A program made the position numbers and the translations under genes. From positions 55,552,001 through 55,616,000 of the forward strand of contig NC_043000.1 of NCBI RefSeq assembly GCF_006345805.1: a stretch of 64,000 nt of DNA, written 5' to 3'. Of the stretch, positions 1 through 13,617 are shown piece after piece; position 1 is the stretch's first letter, and every line of letters starts with the position of its first letter. Source of the stretch: Octopus sinensis (taxonomy: Eukaryota). The notes below the pieces were generated by a model. That model saw only the letters and a program-made list of their open reading frames with translations, was not told where the DNA came from and made no database searches.

Positions 1-222
1 GCTCATGTAGAAAATGTGAGGTCATCGTCGTCGTCGCGGCATAAAATGTTATTTACGATAGGTGACTTATAGAAAGATTATAATGTTAAATTTTTGTAAT
101 GGTAACTAAATGATTACTGAATGTTTGATACCCCGTACGTCAAAATCGGCAACAAAGTTTCCGAGCGCATAAGGAACACACACACCCACATACACCACAC
201 ACACATACACACACAAACTCTG

Positions 223-265
<43 letters not shown>

Positions 266-1681
266 TAGTCAAGAGTGAGATGGTAAAAACGACTTAAATT
301 CGAACTTCTATAAAGCATATTTTTCTACAGTATATTTGAAATATCTTTTATATTCTTGAGTTTTAATAGTTTCTTTACACAATGTCTTTTGCTTCGTTGA
401 TAGCTCCCGTAAAATCGTTTGTATTTATTTAATACTTACGTAAATTTTCCGAACTGAAATGATTTAATATCCGTTAATTTCCAATCTATAATTAAAGAGA
501 GTAAATGTACCGTTTTAACGTTGTCGGTAGTATGGTTAATGTATATAAAACTTATAATATAGTTGATGCTGTAAAGGAGTTAGTTATATTAGTATTTTAC
601 TATTCTAAATGAAGTGAATAACAATTTCTGCTTCACTTACCAGCAACAAAACGAACAGAAAATTTTGAAATCGCATTTGAGAATTCAGGAAATAATGGTT
701 CTAGTTGATTTCAATGATTATCTTTCTAGTCCTAATATTTACTTGTAAGTGTTTTATCAGCATTTACCATTGAACTGGTTTATAATTCCGGCCTAAATAT
801 TTGAATTGCATCGACTGCTGTTATTTTCATATCCTAGTGTAGGTGTCGCAGCGTAAATTGTGTCTGCCTCATCTGACCGCAACGTAGTTTCAATTACAAT
901 TAGAACCCATGTTGTTTAATTTTTGCCATGAGCATCTGTATAAACGCTATTAGTTTCACAAACTTTTCTTCATTCACCCCCAAAGTACTGAAGATTTTCT
1001 ACCTAATCAAAATGTAACCAATGGTTTGTTACTATAACAAGTAAACAGTACGTCTTTCCGACTGTTTTAAGTCGGTTTTTAATTTTGAGTTTTTATATTG
1101 CAGAAGCTCCATGTTGAATGGAATCTGTTTAACTTACTAGGATACAAAATGGCCAGATAATTAGTATCTTGAAAATTGTAATTCATAATTTTCAGGATAA
1201 ACGTGATTTATAAAACATTAATGGCTGTCTCATCTTTTGCCATTCATAAATTTATCGCAAAATTCTTATTTTTTCTCAAAATGTTGACAGTGCATTTTCA
1301 ACGGCAGGAATACAAGTAAAATACCAGTATTAATATATTTATGTTTTAACCTGCAGTCACATTAAATGCATGTATAAATTTGTGTTGCTAGGTGAACCAG
1401 AAGTTTACACAGTTTCAGAGAAAAGGAAACGAAACTTAGTTTAAAAAGATAATCTAAACTTCAGATTTGTTTGAAAGTTTTAAAGTTACATTATCTAAAA
1501 TTTACTTAAGAACGAAATAGTGTGATTTCACAATTAAAGATTTCTTCTCTGTTAAGTCTTCAAAATCTACTTTATCTTCTTTAGCAGCTTCTGAAATATA
1601 ATTACTAATATAAATATAAATTCATGTTACGTTTTTTTATCAATATTTTATCCAAGTGATTGCTTGGAAGATCCTGGATAA

Positions 1682-2273
1682 ATGGTAAATTATTTGAAAT
1701 CTTAAGTAGATCTCATTTTTGTATATGTAAGCCAAAATTTTGAAGTATTTTATGTTTCTCGGAATTCTATAGCTTTTTGGTATACCATTACACAGCACGA
1801 TAAGTCATTTAAATATTAATTTGAGTTTCTACGTTAGCTATATGTCAGTTTTGTTCCCCAGCGTACAGCAATGCAAATTACATTGAGGTCTCTAGATTAT
1901 AAAAAACACACTCTCTGTTACTCCCCATCTCTCTTTCTCTCTCTCTTGTTCTCTACAAGATCATCGCCGGTGAGTTTCTTCTATTAAGAATATATATATA
2001 AAATCGAAGGTGATACTGTTGATAAAAAGAAAACATTTAGCTCTGTTTCATACCAGAGACTTTTTGCAAAGTTTTCTCTCGATAGGTGCTATCTTGCTCT
2101 CATTTATTACGTCGTAAGATTATTGTGATATTGCCCCTTGTTTGTGTACACCAACACTTTTAACACCCACTTCATCTATTTCTTTGTATCGGACCAATAT
2201 TTTGATTTTCCATTCTGTCTTCCATTTAGGAATGTGTCTGAAAGTTTTAGAAACAACATATTGACTGATATTG
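1682..2273 (+). CDS. Putative spliced 5' coding exons of an unknown secreted protein (ATG exon end 1682-1684; exons 1960-1969, 2086-2113, 2230-2273)
   Basis: TATAAA at 1609-1620; ATG|GTAAAT; long pyrimidine tract + AG|ATCATCGCCG|GTGAGT; ...CTCTCGATAG|28 nt|GTAAGA; ...CCATTTAG|44 nt|GTAACC. The spliced frame is open: MIIAGAILLSFITSNVSESFRNNILTDI, with a hydrophobic signal-like N-terminus. No homology recognised. Confidence 0.35.
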
Positions 2274-5200
2274 GTAACCTTACACAATTTCTTGACGCTA
2301 GTATTTACGCTTTATTAGCGGCATGCATACAAGCCATCATCAATATATAGTTTAGATAATTCACACGAAATCTGCACTGTATTTACAGCTATCAAAAACA
2401 TACTTCATTTCAGACTAGCTGACCTTTTCAACTGCAATAAAACATATATCAACGAAATAACATTTTTCTCCGCTTTCAAAGGAATATTTGAAGACTTGAA
2501 AGATATAACTTTAATTGTGAAATCCCGTTTTTAAGTAAATTTTTGGCAAATTTTTCTAATTGTAACCTTAGAACTTTCAAACAAATTTGATGTTTTGATG
2601 ATCTTTTTAGATATATTTCCTGTTCACTATCTCAAAAATTGTATAAACTTGTGGTTCATCTAGCTGGTAGCTGCAAGCCTTAAATCCATAGATATCTATG
2701 CTTCGCAATCCCTGACAATGCCTTATGATAATTTGGGCAAAAACTAATATATACATTGCGGCGAAAGATGTTAATATTGAAATCTTGAACACTTTCTGAG
2801 GACTGGAAAAGACCAAATGCAAATCGAATCACACTGCTGTTCGCATATCTTCATACCTGCTACGAATTATGAAACCTAATATATCATCCAAAACTGACAC
2901 GTCACTTATATCTATATCTATAATTTATCTGATACACCGCCTCTCCTCTCATCATTGCAACACACATATGAACATATTTATTTAAAGTATAATTCCTTTG
3001 TTTTCCTTTCCCTATATCTCTCTCTTTCAATAGGGTCCTAAAAGCTTTTACTAAAAAAAGATTTAGGCGAACATATTATACAGGTGATTCGCTAGTATTT
3101 GAAAGATTCATGGAGGTTTCTTTTATTAGTCAGTTTGCTGGTTTTGTAGAGAAAGAAATACTGACATTTTTTTTAACTAGTACTGAAGCAAACTGCTTGA
3201 ACATATTTCAAGTATTAACGACTGAAGCCTTGCTGCCATAGAAATTAACTTGAGAGGAACGGTTTTTGGAAACATTGTGATGGGTGCGTGAAGGAATGTG
3301 AAGGAAAATTGGCAGCTAGTATAAGAAGAGGATTATCTAGAGCAGAACCGATTTAATCATAGAATGCTAAGTATGAGTGCTTTGCAAATCTTGTTGAGTT
3401 GCAAACAATGGAAGTTGACTGTAATCTGAGCATTCAGAAACCTTATATTTCATGTTTTATTCGAAAGTATTTAAAAATTGTCTGGTGTTCGCTTGATGGT
3501 ATAATTGCAGATGACAACCACGTCCCAGCTAGCTGTTAAAGATTAATTTTTAAATTTAGAAATTAACTCTCATTTTATTTAACACTTCTTAACACATGCG
3601 ACAAGATTTTATTTCATTTATTCAAAAGCGAAGGAAATTTCAGTTATTTAAATTATTTATATGCTCGGTACTTTCTGCGCCGCTCATTAAAGAAGTCTTG
3701 TTGATGTTTAGCTACTAGTCATCCCTGATTCGCCAGAACTATTGTCAGCCTCATTAATCTTAAATTTTATATATATGTTAAAGATCTGAATGAGTTCGTG
3801 GGGTATGTAGTAACTTGTTGTACATACATGCATCTTAACTGAAATGTCCATTCTACTGTGAGAAAGAAATCTGGTGACAAATGTTAAAGCAAATTTCAAG
3901 CAATTATATATAGTTATCAGTCAATATCAGTTGACGTAGCAAGGGAAAGCCTTAACAACTTTTGCATGCAAGGGATAGTCAAGTACATACTTTGCTCTGT
4001 TACAGCTCATCATCAGAGTATAGTCTACCCCAGCATTGTTTAATAGTAGACATAGACTTTTACATATAAAGAAAGAATTACGAAATCATGTTAAAACTTA
4101 AATAATTAAGACATAAAAAACTTAGGAAAATGATTCAGTCACATAAATTCGAATAAGTTAATGAATGGCATTCAGAGTACCGTGTACATAATTTTAATTT
4201 CTTAGCATTTGAATAAAAGAGATAAAATCTTGTTGCAATTGTTTTAACAGCGTTTAAACAAGATATACAAACGTTTAAACAATATAGATAAACAATATAG
4301 ATAAATACAAACGTTTAAACAATATAGAGAGAGTTAATTTAGGAAATTTAAACTAAAATATGTAAAAGTAATTTACAAGACTGGGCCAAAATATGATAAA
4401 TGTTTCTCCTTTTTCTAAACAGTGCTGTGTAATTTTTGAATATTAGAAAAATATTAGCAAATAGAAAAAAACATACAGTGGCTTCTAACAGGTTCTTTTA
4501 TATGCGGATGCGATTAGAGAGTATAGTAACATTTAGTACTACATTGAATGCGGAGTGATATATCGAGGAAGATCGTATCGGGCTATTGATTTATTAGCCT
4601 AGATAGGCTCAGGAAATAATCACATTTGTTGAGCTTGAACAAAATCAGACGAGGTAGTTTGAGTTGATATAATAGAATGTTTACGCGAGAAGAAGTGACT
4701 GTTAACAATGTTTGCTGCCGATAGTTCATAATTATAACAAATTTCAATTCTTTGATTTTTCTGTCGATGTTGGTGCGGATGTATACAGCCAAGCCATTGA
4801 AGAAAGGTGAGTTTCGATAAATGACTTCTATTCAAAATTTACCGTGGCTATATGATTCGGTAAGAATTCTTAGAAATGCTAGATAAATTCAAAAATACAA
4901 TATAGAGAACAGGCTCTGAATAGAGAAACGTTTCTTACGTGGTTGTTCTTTCTTAAGTTTTATTCATAAAAGTTGTTTCCTATGGTGAACGGATTCTGTG
5001 CAAGCGTAGGAGGCAACACTTTTGAAACCTTGGATAATATATTATAGTCAGAAGAGAAACGACAGGTTTAAACAAAATAATAACAATAGAATATTAAAGA
5101 TTTCTATCTCAGAAATTAGTTGATTGTATTAGATGAAAAGCAGCTGTACGCGTAAATTAGAGACAACAGCCTGTGAAATATTCTTAAATTTTTACAATTT

Positions 5201-7218
5201 TATAAAGTTTTACCCGGTCCTGAAAGGAAAATGGGTACTTGATTTAGAATAGGATGAGGAAACCACAATTTCTGGATTGTATGGGATTATAATTCTATAA
5301 CCTCTGGGCTCCTGATCTGTATTCCACTGACTTTTTTTGTTTTCGAAATTTCTTACCAGAACGAGACATGTTTCTGAAGTGTTTCACCCGTTTACCACCG
5401 TTACAATATGCAATAAATAGATTATTTGCAAGGCTTTCAGAATCACAAGGTCTCTCGAGAGCTTTAAAGAGGCTGTCGTTGACGCAGGTGGATGAGAGGC
5501 TCCACTGGATAGCAGTAATTTTATTACTTCAAAGTTACTTGCAAAAGAAGTAAAACGGAATATAAAGAAAGGTTACAGATGAGAAACATGAAGGCAAAAA
5601 GAATACATAGAAATATATTTCGGTTGAACTTTTCTGGCGTTTGATAAAGTTTATTAAGTAGTCATTATTTTCCCTTACTATCTTTAATGCTGAATCTTAG
5701 ACGATTTATGTTATTCCGGATGTATATTTTATTCAACTGATTTATGGAGATACATCTTTTGAGACCCTTCAGAAAGCGATTGATAAATTATAGAATTTTT
5801 CACATAGTGGACACATAATTCTCTTATTTAGAATATATATTAAACTATCAGTAAGAATTGTATAATCGTTGTGATGTTTTATATAGCTTCATATACACTA
5901 GACATTTATTTTTCAGCAGATTTCTTATTCTCGTGTTTTCAGTGACATTGTTTTAGTAAGACAGTATCAGCACTAAAATATTAGTTACTTAATATTTAGA
6001 AGGTATTTTATAGCACATAAATATTCCATTTGCCTTTCGTATAGATGCTGTGATAAACTTTCTTTAAGACACACTAGCTGTGCCTTCTAACATATTTCGC
6101 ATTTACAAATTCAATTTGATGATAATGAATAGCGAATGAAGAGTGGTGATACTTAAAAATAAATTAATCTAATTTAGATAAGAATGGACAGAAATAGAAA
6201 TATATGTGCTGAAAATATTTAAAATAAGCTCACGCAAGACATTTACCAAACTTCTAGTAAAAAGCTTGCTCTTCTTTCTGTTAAAAGTTATTTAGATTCA
6301 TTGATCCGAGGGTGACTTCAACTGATGAAATACCACTAAGTTGAAACACCACAATGTGTCAGATTTCTCTTACAACAATATATTCCTCTTGCTTTACCCC
6401 CTCTCACTATTCAATGACTTTTCTACTATTCTTCATTCTTGGTTTTTTTTCTTAATGCTGAAATTTTGAAAAAATATTTCTCTAAATATTATAACTGTAT
6501 CAAGTAATTTAACCATATTGTGTGCTTTAAAACGGTCGGAACTGAAATACATATTGAACACACTCATTCATATAATATTACCTCTCATAACTTTCACCCA
6601 TTAAAACGTTGGAAACTTAGTACTTTTTCAGAAAGTAATAAAATTTGTTGGACCTATTTAACATGTTGTCGGCCGTCGGAGTCATGGAAACTTAGTGCGC
6701 TCCGACTGCATGAAAACAGATGCGACTAATTTTATTGTTACCTTAAAAAATACTAAATTTCAAACTTCTTTATGGTCACATACGTTTAGAGCAATTCCAA
6801 CCCATAAAATCACACTTTAAAATTGTGTTTAGCGACAGTGGTGTAATTTTCCTTCAAACTACGAACAGGAGTTTAGATACGCATCAGCTACTACAGATAA
6901 TTTTTTGTACGGAAAGTAATGTCCTACGTACTGTTATGTCACAATACTACACACAGTGGCTTGTGTGCATCTCATCCTCGTCGCCACTGTTATGTCGCAC
7001 GTTCGGATGCCTTCTACTCAACTCGACTCTGCTCTCCTACTCCGACTGCTACTGTGCTTTGACGACGTCTAGAATTCTCCCTCTATATCCACGTATTGGG
7101 CTAGCCTGCTTCATCATCTGGGGGCAGCCACACAACACGTACATTAAATTGTCTTTAAATTAAATGGCGGCAGAAGAATTATCGTTGAACTTTTAAAAGG
7201 TAAGGTAAGTTTAGTGTT

Positions 7219-7484
7219 GCCTACGGCCAGCTATATGTTCATCGTTCAAAGGTAGGGAATGGAAACAATCTATTTGTGCTGACCCTGAATGGGAAGACAA
7301 CAAATGTTGTTTATCAGACAGCTTTGCAACACGTTCCAAGTCGACAAATTATATCATTGTTTTGATGAAAATTGTTCATTGCTGAAAAATATTGTTCAAG
7401 TTTAATAGAGTTTAATATGTACTGAATGCATGAAGTGTCATTGTTGGGCCCAAGGCCCAATAAAGAGCCATGCACAGGAGCTAG
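7219..7484 (+). mobile_element. Helitron 3' end: RepHel helicase C-terminus plus terminal hairpin and CTAG
   Basis: Translates as AYGQLYVHRSKVGNGNNLFVLTLNGKTTNVVYQTALQ, matching the Helitron PIF1-helicase C-terminal motif (HGQLYVA.SRV...T.N.VY). Hairpin TTGGGCC-CAA-GGCCCAA at 7444-7460 and CTAG at 7481-7484. Confidence 0.75.
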
Positions 7485-7499
7485 CTTAAAAGCTTGTAA

Positions 7500-7803
7500 A
7501 TACATTCATGCATACAAACATACATACATAATACAAACATACATACATACATAATACATGCATACATATATACATACACATACATATATACACAGAAAAC
7601 AAAAGACGAAGACAGGAAAAGGAACAAAAAGCAGGAGTATTAGCTTGATACTCGGGAATGGAAACGTCTTTGGCATTTCGAGCCAACGCTCTTCGATAGA
7701 AAGGTCTGAGAAGGAAAAACATGGAGGTAGAAGGAAACAAATGGAAAGAGAATAAAAATGTGTAGTAATAAAAGGTTCAACATTAAGGAATGACCGGACG
7801 GTC

Positions 7804-7884
<81 letters not shown>

Positions 7885-7962
7885 GTGTGTGGTGTATGTG
7901 TGTGCGTGTTGTATATTGTATAGAGCGACAGACTAACGGACACTCATGTAACCTATATTATC

Positions 7963-8001
<39 letters not shown>

Positions 8002-8015
8002 ATATATATATACAT
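7500..8015. repeat. Cluster of (ACAT)n, (TA)n and (TG)n microsatellites
   Basis: Directly visible simple repeats; they account for the spurious low-complexity ORFs here. Confidence 0.9.
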
Positions 8016-10618
8016 ACCTATGTCTATGTGCCTGTGAAAATTCTGAATGAGTGAATTACATCAACTTTGGCGAACTTTGCAATACACAAGTTTAAGAGAC
8101 ATTTTGTCACTCTTACTGCAACTTATGAGACATTTTCATTATCCTAATAAATAAATACCTCTAGACATTAAAGGCTAGGGAAGTCAATCGGCGAATGAAA
8201 ATTACTTTAAAATAGAACTATGTCTGTCTTTTGGCAAATAAATTATTAAAGAAGAACATACCTCTTTCAGTTGACATTGGTATTTATTGACCGTCAGTGT
8301 ATGTGCATAAGAGTGAATAGTAAATCAAAGTACTTTTCAGAGCCTGTTTCAAATATGAATATGTCAGAAACATACACATATAAAACATTATTTTTAATCT
8401 TAAAGAATTTCGTACAAAATAATATTACTGTCTAAGGTCTAATAATTATTGCAGATTTTGTAGTAATGTCGGTATGAAATTGTAGACAGCAATCAACCAG
8501 CTATATGAAAGAAAAACAACTTATTGTCCAACAGTCCTATTCTTTTCCAGTACAATAGGTAACCATTGAAGTTTTTCTCTACTTCTGGGTATTTTTTTAA
8601 AGTAAAACATTTCGAGAAAATGAAATGTTAATTAAATTTATATACACAGACTTGTAAACAACTAATGCTTAAAAATATTGGCACCCGCTTTGTAAACAAA
8701 GTGTTGTATTATATTCGATGCCAGTTATAGCGTTCTCAGTCAGAGTATTTTTAAAATCAGGCATCATAGAAACACTTTTGTTTCATCAAGGATATCTATT
8801 TAGAGGAGAAAATATGTTGGTTTTTGTTGTCTTGGGCGGGGGGGGGCTTTTATCATTGCTGCTGCCTCTGCTGCTACTGCTGCTGCTGTTACCCTTCTGA
8901 TTGTTTAAATTAGTCGATCTCTGATCGAGCAAATCGATATCAAAAATCGTCCCAGATATAACTATCTTGACTTTTAGAATACCACACACTACACCGTCAG
9001 CACATTACATGCTCCAGGAGCTTATGATTTGATAGAGACTTGCCTGCAATACATAACTAATCGAGCGGCACGTAAAATGCTCCCGGCCTGTAGACAGTCG
9101 ACTTGTTTAAAATAAACGACCGTCTGAAAGTGGAACAATAATTGTAGACAAAACAATTCGAGTGAGCAGGGAGAATGTTTTAAAATTCTGAAATATATCG
9201 GTGGCGCAGCGCAAAGGAATTTTTCTTTAAAATATTTCAAATTCCACTTTGTACAGGTTTTCATGTGTTCATGGATGCAAAATAAAAACGTCATTCATCC
9301 ACATTTGGCTTTTTCAAGCATCCTGCGTATCCACAATTTCGGCATTCATGAACATAGAACTATATTCTAGCATTTCCTAGCAACTATCTTGATTTCATGT
9401 TAATATCACAAAGAATTCATTCATCGCTATACATTCGGTCCTATATATGTTAAGTCATTTTTTAAAGCTTTATTCTGGTTTTTGTTCTTCATTCGACTGA
9501 CCAAGTTGAGTAAAACTCATATAGTTTTAATGGCAAGCAATGTTCTCGTAGTACCGGCTTAGGATCGTTAGGCGTTCTGCGAATATATTCATATAGATTT
9601 TGTTTAGGTTACGTTGTATTACTTGATTTTGAATCTATGTTAATTAAGTGATTATAATTGATTTCTTCTGATACCACAAAAAACTTATTGTTTGCAGTTT
9701 CAGTAGTTATTCACATTAGTCTTGAATCTAAATCCAGCAAAGTTTCAACAAAAATCATTTTATATATGACTCCGAATAATCATCGAAATAAGTATAAATA
9801 TCAAATGTAAGATATCATACCTAACTATTGTATATACTTATAATCGTAGACAGAGTAAGATGGTTAAGGAATTCGCGTCTGGAACGTGTTGCGAGTTATC
9901 TAACTCAGCTGTATATTTCACATGCCGTTTCCTCGGTTCCACCGATGTATTTGCACTAAAGTCAATAGAGATCGATACAGTGTAAGACTGAAATGAGTAT
10001 TGAGACTGGTATAAATGAATAAAATTCTGGAGGAGATGACACTGTATAGATGGTGTACAATGACAGAAAACTAAAATAATACAGGAATAAATATAGATGC
10101 ATGCACAATCATAAGCATTATCATGCATATATAGCATGTGTGTGTGTACATGATGAACTCTCGTCGAAGACGACGTATGAGGGTTTAGATTTTGCCTCCA
10201 CAAATTATTTGATTATGGTGACCAAATCTATGAGTTAATGCAGTGAATATTTTAGAAATAGATTTTAAAATGGTATTCTTAACTGAAGATCTCAGAGTAT
10301 GTCGGTGAAGCAGAAGGTGAAATCAGTTGGTATTGAAATATGCATTACTTACTGATATATTCAACGCAAAGGTAAGCCTATTTATCATATGTTCATTGCA
10401 GTGCTTGTGTGTATCTTTATCGTAAGTTTCTGATGGTTTTGGAGGATTAACTGTGATTTTAGCAAGTGGTCCTATATACACTACTGAATCTAAATTTAGA
10501 TTATAGTGTGCCTGTAACTGTGTGAGCTTGCTAGCCACTACCTTATTAATATTAATAACGGTAATATATATATATGTGTGTGTGTGTGTGTGTACATGCA
10601 TGTATGTATGTATGTATG

Positions 10619-10649
<31 letters not shown>

Positions 10650-11109
10650 ATGTATGTATGTATGCACAAAATCATGTCAAATATACCTATTTTTCCGTTG
10701 ACTGAAAAAATTATGAACAGTTTCAATTGAATCTCTTCTTTCTTTGGGGTTGTGTTCATCACTTGACTAACCCAAAGAATAGTAAGGAGATACAAATCTG
10801 TCAAATTCAAATATTCCTCTGTAGATGGAAAAATGATAAGCTGCCTTGATCGATATAAAGATTATTTATTCTATAGAGCGTTATGAGAGAATATATAAAA
10901 GTCGATAAAGTTATACCTACATTTTTCGATAAAAAAGATACTGGAAATATGTTACATCATATCTACATTGAGTTGCATGGTTTTCTTAAATATTTAGAAA
11001 TGATTTGTAATCAATGTTGATTTGCGAGGATTTTCGGAACCATCAGCCTTAAAGTCTTCAGAATATCCCCAATCAATCATTTCGCACTAAAGTCTATTTG
11101 CTTTCAGTT

Positions 11110-11345
11110 AATGATCTATCTTTTATTACCATTTGTTTTCTTACAGTGGCTGTTTTCTTATTGCTATGGTTACAATTCTTGTTCTTATCAATCACATCAT
11201 TATTGTGCTGGCTATCGCTTTCATTTTTGCCACTATCCTTTTTGCTTTTGCTACTGCTGTTGTTATTGATATTGTTTATGGTGGTGTTGTTACTATTGTT
11301 GCTTCTGCTGCCACTGTTGCTGCTGTTAAACGTTGCGCCTGCATT
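11110..11345. repeat. Degenerate (GTT/GCT/ATT)n trinucleotide tract
   Basis: Visible trinucleotide periodicity; yields poly-L/V/A pseudo-ORFs. Confidence 0.75.
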
Positions 11346-11882
11346 GTTGCTTTATAATCTTCAATTGGCTTACCTAGAGTAGATCTAAGATTGAAAGCTG
11401 TAACCATAACTTTTTTGGATGGGTGTGCGATTTCCATACATCTAATATGGTGCGTTATTCAATATGTCCCTTCTGAAAAAGACATCAAGGTGGGATTTGT
11501 AATAGTTCTGAGTGCTATTTCGAGCAACTCGTTGGAACAAGTGCAAGTGTCCACGTAGACTCGTCTTTTCACGCTTCTAGTCATATCCATATTAAATCGA
11601 AAAATACTAAGAAAAATGCGTTAACTATAGTCAATTTCGGTTATTGCCCGACTACACGCGTGAGACATTGTAAATACACAAAAAAATTATATATTCCGTT
11701 TTTAATTTAGTGATTATCATATAAGATCTGCACTTATATAGTTTTGATTGAAGTTATATACTATGTTACTGCTTTTTCTCTCAGCTATAACAGACGTAAC
11801 ATATGTTCATGTATAATAGAAATATAAAACAATATAAAACGGGTTATCTCTATATCATGATAGCCATTATAAATATTAGGTA

Positions 11883-12093
11883 AAGTGGCTAGCTAGCAGA
11901 ATGATTAGCCCTCAGGGCGCAACGCTTAACGGCATTTCGTCCGTTTTTACGTTCTTAATTAAACTCTGCCCAGATCAACTTTGCCATTCATCCATTCGCA
12001 GTCGACAAAATAAGTACCAGCTGAGCACGGGGATCGTTGTTATAGACTTAACCGCTTTCCTCAAATTGCTGACCTTGTGCAGAAATTTGAAAC
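11883..12093 (+). mobile_element. SINE family A copy, diverged
   Basis: Shares head (gctagcagaat..ttagc), body (ttacgttct..aaataagtaccag) and tail (ccttgtgc..aatttgaaac) with copies at 18061, 24430, 54325 and 59171. Confidence 0.75.
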
Positions 12094-12278
12094 TGATATG
12101 CATATTGGTTGGTGCAGTGTTTTTTAATTAACACATTATATCAAATACAGAGATTATGGGAAGGTGTAGAGGACACATACAGAGCAGCTGCACATGTATT
12201 GGGGTAAGACGAGAGCACATACAACAAGCTTATCTGTGTGTGTATGTGCGTGCGCGCATATGCAAATATATCATTATG

Positions 12279-12665
12279 CGATAGTTTAAGGTAGCTAATT
12301 AATCTATAATTTACTTGAATATTAACAGAGTAGTAGGTGTTACAGTTCGCAGGGTGAAAATGTGAACACATTATTGTTTCATAAATCTCCTCTTAATAAA
12401 GCTAGTTAATTATAAAATGAAATAATAATATTTGACGACAGTATTATATAACGTTATATAATTTGCATTTGACTGTTTCGTTAATGTATAAAGCGCTTAC
12501 TCATTAAAAATTTCTTGTAACTCTTTAAGTACCAGATTCGAACACCTCCGATGACATTTAAACTATTCCCAAATATTTTCATAAATATGCAAGAACAAAT
12601 GCACCAAAACATTAGTGTGCTTATCTTTGTCTGCTCTAGTATATATAAATACCTGTGCTTATTGA
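12279..12665. repeat. Diverged duplicated block, copy 1 (paralogous to 20386-20790)
   Basis: Colinear shared words: cgatagttta, tgttacagttcgcag, ctcttaataaagc, ttatataacgttatataattt, ttaagtaccag, tgcttatctttgtctgctct, tatataaata. Confidence 0.85.
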
Positions 12666-12780
12666 TAGCACGTCTACATTTATATAAATGCAGATGTCTT
12701 CATAGTTACATTTCATTTTTAAGGAGGATTCCTTATCTATTTTCACACGCACGCTCACACACTCATACATGTGCATATAT

Positions 12781-12827
<47 letters not shown>

Positions 12828-13018
12828 CATTATATAAAAGGGCTTAGTAAAATAATTACTTTGCCGCATACTGAACTCATTAGAAATAGCAGCTAAAAAA
12901 CTTTTTTAAAGCTATTTCTAATACTTAAAGAAAATCTCTCTCATATATAGTGTTTGCTTAATTCAACTCACAAAAGTTTGGCGGTAAGGACATCGAAAAA
13001 TCAAATGCTAAGGTTATT

Positions 13019-13071
13019 TGAGAACGTACGTTTCAAGATTAGTCAAAAACAACACTTCTATCATCAGCTCA
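13019..13071 (-). ncRNA. Minimal type I hammerhead ribozyme motif, array copy 1
   Basis: Sense strand: TGAG-CTGATGA-(26-nt stem II: AGA/TCT, AGT/ACT)-GAAAC-GTAC-GTT^CTCA. Conserved core is intact, stem I is TGAG/CTCA, stem III is AC/GT with palindromic GTAC loop, and the NUH triplet is GUU. Confidence 0.75.
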
Positions 13072-13564
13072 GAAATTCCTTGGTTTGGATTTGGAAACAC
13101 TGAAAATAAGAACATACCCTTTCGAAGATCTGCTCGTAACTAACAGTGCCAACAAATTCAAATAAGCAAGCGAAGAATCTCTGTTCTCCCCTTTCCACCA
13201 GCGTGGGTTAAAATCATCAAACACTATGCTTATTTCGGTAAAATCCGAAGCATTAATCAGAGGGAGATTAATTATAATTTCAATAATTGAGGGCAAAATT
13301 AATTAATTATTAATCAATTTCACCAAGTGTTCAGTATGCAAAGGGACCATTCAAGGCGAATTCAAATTATTACATTATATAAAAGGGCTTAGTAAAATAA
13401 ATTACTTTGCCGCATACTGAACTCATTAGAAATAGCAGCTAAAAAACTTTTTTAAAGCTATTTCTAATACTTAAAGAAAATCTCTCTCATATATAGTGTT
13501 TGCTTAATTCAACTCACAAAAGTTTGGGGGTAAGGACATCGAAAAATCAAATGCTAAGGTTATT

Positions 13565-13617
13565 TGAGAACGTACGTTTCAAGATTAGTCAAAAACAACA
13601 CTTCTATCATCAGCTCA
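13565..13617 (-). ncRNA. Minimal type I hammerhead ribozyme motif, array copy 2
   Basis: Identical motif to copy 1. Confidence 0.75.

Noticed and set aside
340-1330. Faint protocadherin-like words on the minus strand (KIIIEIN*NH..PEFS resembling KVIIEDINDHQPEFP)
   Set aside because: Only one weak motif, many stops in all frames and no repeated cadherin periodicity; not supportable without a profile search.
4255-4330. Short imperfect tandem duplication (acaaacgtttaaacaatataga)
   Set aside because: An ordinary slippage minisatellite with no further structure.
4583-5450. Possible APE-like (LAVYIRTNI) and mariner/Tc1-like (PDLYSTDFFLF) fragments
   Set aside because: Single short motifs without supporting colinear motifs.
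11098-11382. Hydrophobic or Cys-rich ORFs
   Set aside because: Translations of a degenerate trinucleotide repeat.
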